64,000 nucleotides of DNA from NCBI GenBank assembly GCA_951406725.2, contig OX597814.1, forward strand, positions 181,846,001 through 181,910,000, written 5' to 3'. Positions 62,905 through 64,000 of the stretch are shown here, piece after piece. The notes under the pieces were generated by a model. That model had not been told where the DNA came from, ran no database searches, and saw nothing but the letters and a program-made list of their open reading frames with translations. The translations under genes and the position numbers were made by a program. The stretch's first letter is position 1. Each line of letters begins with the position of its first letter. The stretch is from Octopus vulgaris (Eukaryota).

Positions 62905-64000
62905 ATATATATACATATATAGAAAATATTTGATCAGGATTGATCTACAGCTAAAGTGGCATAAACTGTGCAAGTAACACACTTGTTTGCTTTTCTTGGA
63001 TGTTAAAGTTTTTCAGTCAAACAGTCTGAAGTAGCTAATTTAGAACGTATTAACACATTTTACGTTAGACACAAGAAGCAAGTCTACTGACAGGATTCTA
63101 CCCACAAATCGTTGGCCCTGTTTCTCTATTCGACCTCAAATAAGTTGGCGGTGAGGAGAATGAACTGATAGTAAACTAAATTTCCAAGAAGGAAGAATTG
63201 GGCATAATGTTTTATGTGATGTGTTGGAAGTGAAATAATAAGGGGGAAAGAAGATATTCTGCTGTGGGGAGAGAGGAGTTTTTATATAACATGCGTGAAA
63301 AGAAAACAGTATAGAAATGAAAAGGATCCCTGTATAAAATATGAGATTGCTAATTTTTTCTTTTGCATGTAGTTTTTTTTTATTAAAATTTTTTTTCTAG
63401 TTGAGCTATGAAGTTGTTGATGTAGAGAAATAAAATGACAGTTGAATTGTTAGCTGGGTAGTGAAAGAAAGCTTCTCAATGTGATATAGTTTGCAATATA
63501 TTAGTAGCCTCTGTCTGGTGCTTAGTGATTGAGTTTTTTTTTTCATTCCCATGACGTTAAGACATGGTGAAGTCAAGGGCAACAACTTTGGCTTTATCAA
63601 AGTTCTCAAAAGTGATCAACTGCAAGTATATGAGATTATAGGAAAGGATTTCTTTAAATAATTTGGTTTTGATGGTAACCAAGCTGGATAATGAAACTCA
63701 ATAATACTCATTTTTAAGAATATTAGTCTTTACTCTTTCTTGTTGATCTTTTGAAGTTTGAATTAATTTTAATATCTACACTCCGGTTGTAGAGCAAGCT
63801 AATTTTTCTTTCTGTTGAAAATGCATAATGGAATTAGGATCATTAGCTAATATAGTAGCTCTAAGACCTCATAACATTTTAAATGTTAGAGAAATATATG
63901 ATTCAAGTTGATAAATATAATTGTACTTTGATATTCAAGGTATATAAGTTATTAATGGACTTGTATTAAAAATAAGCTTTGGATATGATTGATTTTTTAA

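Overview
AT-rich eukaryotic (animal) genomic DNA, almost entirely intronic/intergenic and repeat-derived. The tRNA-derived SINEs, RTE/CR1-like/Dong-R4 LINEs, mariners and huge (TA)n arrays point to an octopus/coleoid cephalopod (inference from repeat content, not database-verified). No complete, recognisable host protein-coding gene is visible. There are two promoter-like motif clusters (~1.3 kb and ~53.3 kb), a few plausible exons, and two STPR-repeat coding segments, one a spliced Helitron N-terminus. The most striking signal is a set of about eight minimal type-I hammerhead-ribozyme-like motifs linked to Penelope-like elements (PLEs). Two diverged GIY-YIG PLE copies both carry an A3-U8 core and a third motif has U3-A8, i.e. 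compensatory swaps of the conserved C3-G8 pair rather than random decay. Other points of interest: modular SINEs whose tails match two LINE clades in the window, long fold-back elements, and a wobble-rich pre-miRNA-like hairpin. Repeat boundaries are read by eye and approximate.
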